DNA from: Asterias rubens
Taxonomy: Eukaryota
DNA length: 64,000 bases
Direction of reading: 5' to 3'
NCBI RefSeq assembly: GCF_902459465.1
Contig: NC_047080.1
Span: 4,650,001-4,714,000 of the forward strand
Part shown: positions 1 to 10,632 of the stretch, piece by piece
How the letters are laid out: every line of letters begins with the position of its first letter
How positions within the stretch are numbered: the stretch's first letter is position 1
Notes under the pieces: model-generated
What the model was told of the DNA's origin: nothing
What the model saw: only the letters and a program-made list of their open reading frames with translations
The model's database searches: none
Position numbers and translations under genes: made by a program

Positions 1-724
1 GAAAGCAGCTGAGGTTATGACAGTGCAAAGGTTACCGGTAAAACCTGCATCACAGATACAAGTGAAGGAATGTACTCCTGAAGTATCATTGTAAGCCGGT
101 ACACATGTAGCGCCGTTTGCGCAATCTGTATTATCGATACACCCTATGAGTTCCACAGCGCAGTTCTTACCACCGTACTGGTGAGTGCAGGTGCAGTCAT
201 AATCATTAATGAGATCAGTGCACGAGGCACCATTCTTACACGGTGCCGGTTCACATTCATCAATCTCGATGCTGCAGTCAACACCTTCCCAGCCGCCGGC
301 ACAAACGCAGATATAACCGTTGACGCCATCGTTGCATGTCGCACCGTTAAGACAGGGCCCTGAAGCACATTCGTCGATGTTAATCTCACACAAATCACCT
401 TCGTATCCAGCCAAACATCTGCATTTAAACCCGCTAGCGTCGGAGTAGTTGAAAGCTCCGGGGAACAGGGGATCGTTCTTACCGTACAGACTCTGATCAG
501 ATTTCTGTAGACACTGTCCTCCATTAACGCATGGTCCACTCAGACATTCATTGATATCATTCTCGCAGTTCACCCCATCATACCCCTCATGGCAATAGCA
601 GGTGATTATCTTAACTCCGTCAACACACGTTCCTTCGTTAAGGCAAGGAGTAGATGCGCAATCATCGATGTCATTCTCACAATTGATTCCCTTATAGCCA
701 GTATCCGCGCAGTCACAGGTGTAG
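1..724 (-). CDS. crb: Crumbs coding exon 11 (partial, runs off window): last N-terminal EGF repeats and start of first LamG domain
   Basis: Acceptor ttgtccacag|C at 724. Translation YTCDCADTGYKG...CLQKSDQSLYGKNDPLFPGAFNYSDASGFKCRC...VELIGC...NLCTVITSAAF. The long-loop EGF (C-L-x-K/R-S...F-x-Y-x-x-ASG) and the EGF-to-'T-x-x-x-F' LamG entry match my recollection of fly Crb and human CRB1. Missed by the ORF track because it has no ATG. Confidence 0.93.
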
Positions 725-1662
725 CTGTGGACAAAATAGAAAAGTTAAGAAACACTCAAACTATGAAAATTAAATATTCTGTTTGGCTGAGAAGTTTCTC
801 TCACTGACCATCTTCCTTATCAATGCAATACCTCTATAAACAACGGAATTAACAAATATTTATAAGATTAACTCAACATGGGGTATTCATCATTCAAGTC
901 AAAAACACAAGAACACTGGACTTGTTGGATCATGAGTTAAGTGGCCCACATGAAAAAATCACTGGAAGCTGGCCAGCGGTCCAGTGTACATTTGGAGCCC
1001 TGTACTTCATCAACAATTCAAACAGTAAACATGCGCAAACACAACATTGAAACAACGAACTAATAAACATCTTTAAGTCAAATGATGCTAAAGGAATCAA
1101 AAACTGTTTCGCTGTGATTAAGATTTTCTAAATATTCTACTTTCACAACTTAAGATCAAACTGCAATGCAGTAATTCTTTAAAATGTCAGAGAAAAACGT
1201 TGAATATAAAAACCAAAAGTGACACTTCTTAAACTCAAAAACAAAAAGTGAACTTGAATGATTCACAAAATATAGCATGCTTTCAAAATGCCACAGTTTG
1301 GATATGAAAAGGTTAAGTTTACATTTAGTGAAATGTGAAACCAAACAATAATCAATTACTTTAACAAACATGCCTGGAATTACAACAACAGCTGATGATA
1401 AAAGCCAATCAAAAATTATAAACACTTCACATCGGATGACAAGTTAATCAGCAAGTTATTTGAGGAAAGATTTAAAGCAGAAGTTATTTAACAACTTCAT
1501 ATTTGTGTTTGCTGGCAGCCAGAGAACTGATGTTTTTATCTACCCCAACTTTTCTTTGTGAGATGCTTTGTTCCACTCATAATACAAAGAGTGACACCAA
1601 GTGCTGGAAACCATGCCTTGTAAAATCCCTTCCTGTTGGATAGGCTATTGTGTAAAACCCTG

Positions 1663-2028
1663 GGGTGCGTTCCACTCGCGCAAACGACTCGCAGCTGTTC
1701 GCGCAAATGTTTTTTTTATCTATTGAATGATTGGTGCGATTGTTGCTGCAATAGTCCTCTTTTTGACATCATTACATCAACTAATTAACTTTGTTATTCC
1801 AAATCTGCATTATCATCCACCTAAAATACAATGTAATTATGTTTGTGACAAAGAAATAATACCGTATGCTTGTCTGTCATTTTAAAAACCACTCGCCAAC
1901 ACCTCAGAAGTATGTCCGCCTAAAGTTGCCAACGTTCGTCAATGGTGGCGGCGAACAACTCGTTCCATTTAAAATTGTTGGCGAATGTGCGCAACTGTTG
2001 GCAACGTTTGCTCGAGTGGAACGCACCC
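1663..2028. mobile_element. MITE with TIR GGGTGCGTTCCACTCG(c/a)GCAAAC and 3-bp TSD CTG (PIF/Harbinger-like)
   Basis: Inverted termini and identical CTG flanks at 1660-1662 and 2029-2031; superfamily inferred from the TSD. Confidence 0.8.
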
Positions 2029-2595
2029 CTGATTCCAGACATTTGTCCTACAAATGTTGCATACAAAAATGGATAGGCTGCCACCATTTTTTCATCCGTA
2101 TATTTGGCTCAAAGGGAGGTACATGTACCCTTGTAAGTCTGAGCGTTCCAAGATTCCAGCGTACCGTAGTAGGTTTAGTTCTATGAATCACGGTGAGTGC
2201 CTATGCAATATTCTCACACAAAAACAACAAATCCCAGAACTTATTCTGAGAAACTTTGCCGTCTTTCTTTTCACAAGTCAGGTATTTTATTGTGGTAACG
2301 ATATTTTCAAAAGGAAACTTGTTACTCAAGAAGCTCGAAAACTAATCAAAAAAAAAAACAATACCGCAGGTTAGGCATAATTTAGTTTTCAATAACGATG
2401 TGAAGTGGTTTCAAACAAAATAACAGAAATAGTATGATGCAACATGAACTACTACACGTCTAGATGACACCACTCACCAATGACAAGCTGAGGATGATCT
2501 ACTGTACTCAATGGTATAATAAAATATAATTATGAGCTTGGTCAAGCAGAGAAGGGGGAAGAAAAACAATACATAGATCAACACAATTCCACCTG

Positions 2596-2762
2596 GGCCT
2601 AATGTCATAGAGCTGCTGAAGCACCACAACAGGTAGCTAAGCACAACAAAATTATGCTAACCAGAACAAGGTTACCAGCCAAAATACCATGTCACAAGTA
2701 CAATATGTGATTGGTAACCTGCTCATTTTATGCTAAGCAGAACAGCTCTATGTGATAGGGCC
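2596..2762. mobile_element. Harbinger-like MITE (GGGCC-AAT-TCATAGAGCTG family)
   Basis: Imperfect TIR gggcctaatgtcatagagctg / cagctctatgtgatagggcc; related ends at ~29790, 32924-33172 and 56466-56579. Confidence 0.6.
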
Positions 2763-2931
2763 AAGCTTTCACTGTAATGAGAGTAAATTTGTACAGCATT
2801 TTTTTTTGCAGATAGCCAGGCTTTTTTTTAACACAGATACCAATTGTGTGTGCTTCAAAATAGTAAATGACAACTCAAACCCATACTGATCAGAAACACC
2901 AGAGCTTGAGTCAGGTGCACTTGACTGCCAA

Positions 2932-3060
2932 GGGGTGGGTTTCACAAAGTGTTAATACTAGTCTTATCTCGTGTTAGGACGAGTCACTCGTCTTAACTTA
3001 GGACTAGCCTTGGGTTTTTAATATCTCCTAGTAGTCCTAACTTTTTGTGAAATTGACGTC
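2932..3060. mobile_element. Short palindromic element (GGG...TTTCACAAAG / TTAGGACTAG family)
   Basis: tttcacaaag...tttgtgaaa ends with internal ttaggacgag/ttaggactag palindromes; related pieces at ~25780-25835 and 44350-44505. Confidence 0.55.
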
Positions 3061-3248
3061 AGGTATGACACACCAATTTCCCCTTTACTAGAAAGCTTCT
3101 TACATCCATCAGATTCCTACAACCACCAAACCTTTGGGAGAATTGTTATTTGGCATGTACAGTTGAAAACAAGCAAAGTCAGGGTGTGGATTTTGGAGGT
3201 ACAGTACTTTTGATTTATAATTGAGAAAAATTAGTGCTTCCAACTTAC

Positions 3249-4146
3249 CCGTTAACAGCGTCAGTGCAGATGCCTGTATTGCATGGTTGGACGGCGCATT
3301 CATCAATGTCTATCTCACACAGTGTACCGGCGAAGCCTGGTGTACATGTACAATCAAACTCATTCACTCCATCATTACATGTGGAGTTATTCTCACACGG
3401 GTTGGACTCGCACTCATCGATGTTAATCTCACAGAATTTCCCCTCAAAGCCCAAGACGCAGGTACAATTCACATCTAAGATACCGTCGACGCATGTTGCG
3501 CCATTTTGACACGGATCGGAGTCGCATTCGTCTATGAATATCTCACAGTCGCTTCCGGAGAACCCGGGTACGCAGAAACACTGATATCCATCGACTCTAT
3601 CTTGACATACCGCCCCGTTGAGACATGGTTTGGGTTCACAATCATCAATGTCAACTTCACAGAGGTCTCCTGTAAACCCAGGGGCACATGTACAGTTGAA
3701 AAACCCAATGAAATCATTGCAGACGCCCGAGTTCATACAGGGATTTGAATGACACTCGTCTGTTTCAGTCGCGCAGAGTGGACCTTCAAACCCGATAGGG
3801 CACGCACATCTAAAACCATTAACCTCATCGAAACAGGTCAGGCCTGCTGTGGCGTTACAATCATGATTCACGCAGTCGTCGATGTTGAATTCACAGTCTG
3901 TGCCGTTGAAACCAGGAACGCATTGACAGGTGTAAGTGAAAGAAGGGAGTGGTTGAGGTGTGACACAGGTGGCGCCATTCTGGCACGGGGTCTCGGCCAC
4001 GCAAGCGTCGTACATTATATCGCAAGTCTCGCCCATGTAATCAATGGTGCAGACGCACAAGAATGCATTCAACAGATCTTCACAGCGGGCGCTGTTCTGA
4101 CATGGATTTGATTCACATTCGTTATAGTCGGTTGAACAATTCTTAT
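3249..4146 (-). CDS. crb: Crumbs coding exon 10 (898 nt, ~8 EGF/Ca-EGF repeats)
   Basis: acacag|AT acceptor at 4146, GG|GTAAGT donor at 3249; phase 1 to 2; DKNCSTDYNECESNPC...CTDAVNG; within ORF 3245..4213. Confidence 0.95.
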
Positions 4147-4444
4147 CTGTGTTAAAAGAAACGGAAATGGAGAAGTTTAATACTTTACAAATCCAGTCAT
4201 CACAAATCATCACTACTGCACCACCTCAAGACCTCTAGCAGTATCTCAAGGAATACACCCAAATGACATATTTTCCCAGAGCTGCCAAAATTTGCATCTT
4301 TCAATCAAGGAGATTTTGTACAACAATCAGGGAGATGTTTAGAATTTAGAGATTGTCAAACTTGTTCATCAGAAAGATGGAAAGGTTTCATTATATTCTG
4401 GAAACTTTCTGCAAAATGAGGGAGAGTTTGCAGCTCTGCTTTCC

Positions 4445-4822
4445 TTAAATGGGCTATGTACTTTTTGTAGGACAAAAAAACATAATGTCTACAGATTTAC
4501 ACTAAACTTACACAGTTTGAAGATCAGTGATAGAAGAAAGCTTCCCTGAAAATATTACATGCGGAGGTGCTGTAGTTTTTGTGAAATGAGTAAAACAATG
4601 TCATGGAAATAATTGTTGTCTCAGTGATCATGAGACGAAAATTATTTTAGCTTTTAAACGTATTTTCATGACATTGTTTTGCTCATTTCTCAAAAACTAC
4701 AGCACCTCAGCAAATAAGGTACATGTACGCTTTCAAATAGCATTATCTTCAAACGGTGTAAGTTTAATGTAAATCTGTGAACATTGTGTTTTGTGTTAAA
4801 AAAAGTACCCAAATCCTTTTAA
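4445..4822. mobile_element. TTAA-flanked MITE with ~80-bp imperfect TIRs
   Basis: Left ...gtactttt...aatgtctacagatttacactaaacttacacagtttgaagat mirrored by atcttcaaacggtgtaagttt...gtaaatctgtgaacatt...aaaagtac...ttaa. Confidence 0.7.
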
Positions 4823-5155
4823 TAAAGAAGTTTTGTGATGAACTAATAATACTGCTTGACAAACTTCTTTGCTAAGCAAAAACTGAGCGGGGCACCAGTC
4901 ACAACAATGCAAACTGAATGTAACTTTGTGCCAGGTTACTTTCTGCGCTTAGCAAGTTGTTGTGCTTACAGGCTGATTGAAATTGAGACCATAAGGCCAG
5001 GCATAAAAGTTCTATCTAGAGTGTTTATAAGAGTGCAAACATTTGTGTTTCTGGTCGCAATCCCTTACGAGTTGGGGGTTAACTGCTTTTGGGATCTAAA
5101 TGTAGATAAATGGAAAAAAAAAAAAAAAAAAAAAAGTAAGCTAATTTTAACTTAC

Positions 5156-5301
5156 CAATAAATCCAGGGATACAGCTACATTCATAATCATTGAGCATGT
5201 CATTGCACGTGGCATTGTTCTTACAGGGGTCAGGGAGGCACTCATTGATGTCATTGTCACACGTGTCACCGTCATAGCCAGGTACGCAGGTACAGGTATA
5301 G
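5156..5301 (-). CDS. crb: Crumbs coding exon 9
   Basis: ccccag|C acceptor, G|GTAAGT donor; 146 nt, phase 2 to 1; YTCTCVPGYDGDTCDNDINEC...CIPGFI. Confidence 0.93.
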
Positions 5302-5385
5302 CTGGGGGAAGGATTGAAACAAATAGTTAGTTTCTGCATGTTCCACGATCCACGATATGTCTATGTGTTGTGTTGTCATTCTGGC

Positions 5386-5767
5386 TTAAAGGCATTGGAC
5401 ACTATTGGTTATTTCTCAAAATATTTGTCAGCATAAAAACTTACTTGGTAACAAGCAATGGAGAGCTGTTAATAGTATTTTGAGAGACAGCTCCCTCTGA
5501 AGTAACGTAGTTTTTGAGAAAGAAATTACTTCTCACTATAATATTAGAATTGATTACAAGACCTCAGCTGAGGTCTCGAATCCAAGGCATCAGAAAGGAC
5601 ACAACTTCATGTGACAAGGGTCGTTTTTATCCATTATTCTCTTACAACTTCGACCACCAATTGAGTTCAAAATTTCACAGGTTTGTTAATTTGCGCATAA
5701 TACGTTGAGATACACCATGTGAGAAGACTGGTCTTTGACGATTACCAAAGGTGTCCAGTGTCTTTAA
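5386..5767 (-). mobile_element. Family A TTAA-flanked non-autonomous DNA transposon (Kolobok/piggyBac-like)
   Basis: ttaa|aggcattggacac ... gtgtccagtgtct|ttaa; same family as 12485, 17872, 18718, 28400, 62020. Confidence 0.8.
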
Positions 5768-5842
5768 AAAAAGACTCTGCTAGGGTCGAAACACTAACAA
5801 ACTTTTGCATTTAAATATTTTAAAAAACTTTTTGGTGCATAC

Positions 5843-6070
5843 CTGTTAATACCATCTACACAAGTTGCTCCATTCTGACATAGATCCATCAAACAATCAT
5901 CTATGTTATTATCACATAGCGTTCCATCATAACCAGGCAGGCAGGTGCAGTTGAAGCTGTTATCATTATCATTACAGGTGGATCCCATGAGGCATGGTGA
6001 TGAGAAACATTCATCAATATTTAGTTCACAGTTGGTTCCATTAAAGCCGGGGAAGCAGTTGCATTCATAC
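5843..6070 (-). CDS. crb: Crumbs coding exon 8
   Basis: ttttcag|G acceptor, AG|GTATGC donor; 228 nt, phase 2 to 2; [21 protein letters not shown]...CVDGIN. Confidence 0.93.
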
Positions 6071-6689
6071 CTGAAAATGGGAACAGAGTATGACAAGATT
6101 AGACAATATATAGTTGGTTTGCGGTAACACCATGTGTTTGTCTACTTGCCAGAAGATTATGTTTTTTTGATATCTTGCTTTTTATTCTACTTCTGCAGAG
6201 TAGATTTTCAATATTCGGGAGACATCTCAATTCTGAAAAGAATTGTACTGCTTTTTAACTACAACCCGAGTGGAAGGTTGAAAATCTTAAGCTTTAATGG
6301 ATCAAGGGGACTTCTCGTTATTAGCTTCATAACCGTGGAGTGAGTTCTAATTGAAGATTAGACAAAGGGCAAATAAATTCCTGCAGGCAAAAAATTTGAC
6401 AAAGCTCACCCCTAAAGCCCCGGTCACACAGGCCCCGATAATGAGAACTAAAACGAGAACGATAAAAATACACTGCGTGGAGCAATTCAACCAATAAAAT
6501 GCGTTCTCTTTGCGTCGATTATCGTTTGTTAGTTATCGCTGCAGTGTGGCTTGGCCTTTACCCTTCAAAATCCATCCTTATCCCCGTTGCCAAAATGAAG
6601 GATTCAGAAGGACTGAGGGCTATAGGCCTAAATAGCAATTGCTTATTACTGGGGTCAGGCATTCCAATTTCATCTTAAGTCCAAACAAT

Positions 6690-6790
6690 TTGAGTTTGAG
6701 TTGAACAAAGAAATATTGACTTGAGTGGGATTTGAACCTGTGACCCACTGATTAAAGTGAGAGTGCTTAATAAACTCGGCAATCTAAGCC
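6690..6790 (-). mobile_element. tRNA-derived SINE head
   Basis: Minus strand has B-box GGTTCAAATCC followed by cactcaagtcaa...tttgttcaac, shared with 63285-63345; no complete cloverleaf. Confidence 0.6.
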
Positions 6791-7119
6791 TAATGTTGGT
6801 AGGGTGCCTATTTTGTCAATATTATTGTTATGGGGTGCCAGTCAGAAGCTATACAACCTGTAACTGCCCTATAGCCAGGGATCACACCCCAGTTTGTGAT
6901 ACAACCTGGGATGCGGCAGCCAGGAGATCACCTTATCTTGATATCCAAACAATTTGGTGTGAAGTGACATTCAAGAGTGAGATATTGGTGGATTGAGGTC
7001 ACCAGACTGCAAGACGGCCTCAGGAGTCAAGGACAAAGGACAACAAGTTTAAATAAACAAAATTATGGAAGCTGCAAACTGAAAAGCTGGGGAGGGGTAG
7101 TACTATTATGCAAACTTAC

Positions 7120-7204
7120 ATATTGTCTCCGTTGACGCAATCTCCATTGACGCATGGTTGGACTGAGCACTCATCGTAGTCTATACATACACCAGATGAA
7201 TTGA
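7120..7204 (-). CDS. crb: Crumbs coding exon 7
   Basis: ttatacag|TC acceptor, AT|GTAAGT donor; 85 nt, phase 1 to 2; NSSGVCIDYDECSVQPCVNGDCVNGDN; found by hand, joins neighbours in frame. Confidence 0.9.
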
Positions 7205-7881
7205 CTGTATAAAGAAATCAAACACGTCATCAAGTTACAAAATAACAGCAGAATAAAGCTTGTAAAAAGTAAAAATGGGCCCTATACGTGGTGCTGTTTT
7301 GCCGAAGGTTGAGACCACATCAAGGTGAGGGCTACACTGAAACCAAATCAACTGTCACCAGGAACTTGTTGCCACCTACTTCTGGGGCTGAAACAGGGTA
7401 ACCCCCTTCACAGTCTGTGAGGATGTAGGCATGGGTATCAACCACTATAGGAGTCTGGGCTCGATTTCAAGAAGCAATAAAATCCATCATATAAGACAAA
7501 TTTTCAGTATCACCATAGTGATTTGCATTGTCACATCACACTTTACTAAGCAACTACGACTGATTTGCAGTAACGATCAATTTTAGCTCTTTGTGAAATC
7601 GGCCCCTGGTTGGGATCAGTGTTGTAGCCACAGTGGTCAGTGCTGGGCAGCCCTGCCCAGAACTCGCAATTTTTACCCAACACTCAGAGCAAAATACATT
7701 GTGCCGCCCAGCACCGATCAAAAAATATTGTCCACTGTGCATTGATCTGAGACATGATGATAAGGAATATCAAAATATCAAAAAGCAAGGAACACCATCA
7801 AAAGGCCATTCAACTTATTCCAAGGCCCCATACAAGAACAGTTTGAAAACCTTGCCTAACTTCAGCAATAAAAAGGCCCCA

Positions 7882-8259
7882 TTAAAGCCATTGGACACTT
7901 TCGGTAAACAGTATTGTCCAAAGGTCCACACTTCGTGTATCACAACTTTTATATAAAATAACAAACCTGTGAACATTTATGCTCAATCGGTCATCGGAGT
8001 CGGGAAAAAATAACGGGAAAAACCACCCTTGTTTCCGCATGTTTTGCCATGTCATGACATGTGTCTAAAATAAATCTGTACTTCTCGATATCGAGAAATG
8101 ATATTGTTTTAATGTTTTCTCAAAAAATAAAGCATTTCATGGAATAATATTTCAAGAGAAGTCTTTCACCATTACTTTCTGTAAACCCTGTAAGTTATTT
8201 GTAAATCTGTGGAATTTTTATTTTGTTATTTTTGTTCCGAAAGTGTCCAATGGCTTTAA
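7882..8259. mobile_element. Family A-related TTAA-flanked MITE
   Basis: ttaa|agccattggacactttcgg ... ccgaaagtgtccaatggct|ttaa; shares aaataacaaacctgtga...tgctcaatcggtcatc core with family A. Confidence 0.75.
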
Positions 8260-8501
8260 ACATGAAAAATTTTGTTGATCTGTTGATCGCCCTTGGTGGA
8301 CTTCCGAAAAATTGAATTTAAAGCCCACCACACACTTTTTGGTCAGGCTCTAACCGTGGTTGGTAGAGTAGAATGCAATAATTAACCGATGAGCAAGTTT
8401 TTCTAGCACTGCCCCTGATTTTGATTAAGAAGAAGTAAATGAACGGGGTCAAAGGAGCAAACTTTGAGACTTCAGTTGTCAAGAAGAGTTGTTGTTCTTA
8501 C

Positions 8502-8612
8502 CTTTGCCAGGTTGGCATTCACACGTGTACATATTGATTCCATCCACACATGTAAATGTGTCTGGGCAGGTTACGCCAGCGCAATCGTCAATGTTTGTCT
8601 CACAGTTTGTAC
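8502..8612 (-). CDS. crb: Crumbs coding exon 6
   Basis: tttttcag|GT acceptor, G|GTAAGA donor; 111 nt, phase 1 to 1; [36 protein letters not shown]. Confidence 0.92.
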
Positions 8613-9218
8613 CTGAAAAAGAGTCAGAAATGACAACAGCTCAGCATTAGTATTTGAATCTGTTTCGCGATCATCAATTTATCTTGGCTCTCTCATTGAA
8701 CCACTACACAGTGGTAGACATGGACTCTGCTCAAGTTTACACATTACCCTACTCCGAGTCCACAGTCCCAATACATACAGCATAGTTAATGACTATGCAT
8801 TCCAGGCACATGAACCTCAACTCTATGAATGAACTTCCACAGTGCATCCATTGCCTGCCTTCATTGGACGATGTTAAGAAGGCTCTGAAAACTCATCCAA
8901 TTGAACAATGACCTACATATTTAACTGCTTTCTTTGGAACAATGAAGATAGTTGTAGCACTTAAAGACTATCTAATTACGTAAAAAAGCTGCATGAGCTT
9001 TTGTTTTGTAGCAACAACTACTTCATCAGATGTAATATTGATGCGTTTGTTAATTTTTAAGACTATTCAGCGGTGTGTGACCATCTTTAATGAGTTAGAA
9101 TGCTCTATAAATGTAGATAAATAGATATCGTAGATAAAATGGTTTATTAAAAAACTGTCATCGCATCACAAAGGCTGAATTACAACAATTTTACATTCAT
9201 TAAAAAAAAATGAAACTG

Positions 9219-9373
9219 AAATTTTAAAACCTTGCACATTGAAATGTAGTTATTTGACTGTATTGTAAGGTCTAGAAAAAAATATGCTAATTACCAAAAT
9301 TTTAAAACCTTGCACATTGAAATGTAGTTATTTGACTGTATTGTAAGGTCTAGACAAAAATATGCTAATTACC
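9219..9373. repeat. ~78-bp tandem duplication containing the crumbs exon 5 splice donor
   Basis: Two near-identical copies of aaattttaaaaccttgcacattgaaatgtag...tatgctaattacc ending at 9295 and 9373. Confidence 0.9.
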
Positions 9374-9726
9374 ACCAAAGCCGCCCACGCACTGACAAAT
9401 GTAGCTATTGAACAGCTCCGAGCAACTTCCCCCATTCTGGCAAGGGTCGGACACACATTCATCGATCTCAACTCCACATACATCCCCAGTCCAGCCAGGC
9501 AAACAAACACAAGCAAAGCTCCCTGATAACTCCACGCAGGCAGCGTTGTTCAAGCAGGGTCGAGCGTCGCACTCATTGACGGTTTCAGAGCAGAAGGTAC
9601 CAGTGTAGCCGGTACCCGTGCAGTTACAGGTGTAGGAGTCGATTCCGTCGATGCAGCGAGCGTTGTTTAGGCAGAGATTGACCCTGCATTCATCAATGCT
9701 GATGGCACAGTTATCACCACTAAAGC
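9373..9726 (-). CDS. crb: Crumbs coding exon 5
   Basis: tcaccag|GC acceptor, G|GTAATT donor; 354 nt, phase 1 to 1; [13 protein letters not shown]...CQCVGGFG. Confidence 0.93.
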
Positions 9727-9778
9727 CTGGTGACGATAAGAAAGAGTAAAGAAATTTGTAGGGACACAACAATGAAGT

Positions 9779-9995
9779 TAGACTTGTGGACAAGGCGTTA
9801 AATGTCTGTCGCGGTGATAGAGTTCCACTCTCCCCGTGGTACATGTATTCTCGCGAGACTGCTGGCCCCGCGAGACTACTGCTATCACGACTACGGTCCC
9901 ATAAAGTCGGGCAACTACCAGTGATTTCACGAGAGCACCGCCACAACTCGTCTAACTAACCGCGTGGGACCATTAACGTCTTGTCCGCAAGTCTA
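9779..9995. mobile_element. MITE with TAG...CTA termini and perfect 9-bp TSD (Mutator/Merlin-like)
   Basis: TIR tagacttgtggacaaggcgttaa / ttaacgtcttgtccgcaagtcta; CAATGAAGT at 9770-9778 and 9996-10004; CpG-rich interior. Confidence 0.88.
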
Positions 9996-10169
9996 CAATG
10001 AAGTCCATAATACTGCATTATGTTAGGCAAAAGGCTAAGCGATTGTTTACCCCACAAAAAGTAAGTGAACCAGGCTTAAGACGGGACCCTTTTAAAAATT
10101 GGTTATTCATACTGATTCATAAGGAACCAAACTAAGATGGATGAGGGTATAGGTTGATGATTTGCTTAC

Positions 10170-10388
10170 CTGGTACACATAAACAGCTGATGCCGTTTGG
10201 GTCTTCAGTACACGTCGCATTGTTCATGCACGCATCAGGAGAACACGCAAACGTCTTGTTGAATTCACACAGCGGGCCCTCGTACGGTAAGGTACACACG
10301 CAGAATGTGGAGTTGCCGATGTCGTCCTCCTTGCATATCCCATCATTCAAGCAATCCAGACTATACTGTGGGTTCAGACACAATGGTC
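10170..10388 (-). CDS. crb: Crumbs coding exon 4
   Basis: tttttag|GA acceptor, G|GTAAGC donor; 219 nt, phase 1 to 1; PLCLNPQYSLDCLNDGIC...CLCVP. Confidence 0.92.
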
Positions 10389-10478
10389 CTAAAAAATATC
10401 CCCAAAACAAAACGGTGTTATTAAAAACATTGGACAACTTTTGAAACAACCTTAAGTATAACCTATACATATCAGTCT

Positions 10479-10632
10479 CCATGTTCCTAGTCCATGTACC
10501 CAGTTTCCATGTACCCAGTTTCCATGTACCCAGTTTCCATGTAACCGGTTTCCATGTACCCGGTTTACATGTACCCCGTTTCCATGTGTACCCCGTTTCC
10601 ATGTATACCTAGTTTCCATGTACCCAGTTTCC
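10479..10632. repeat. 15-bp minisatellite (CCATGTACCCAGTTT), ~10 copies
   Basis: Directly visible; produces the spurious TWKLG / GNWVH ORF repeats. Confidence 0.9.

Noticed and set aside
8990-9035. Minus-strand hammerhead-like CTGATGA-a-gtag..ctac-AAAA
   Set aside because: G12 is missing, stem III cannot form and stem I is only 3 bp; compatible with chance.
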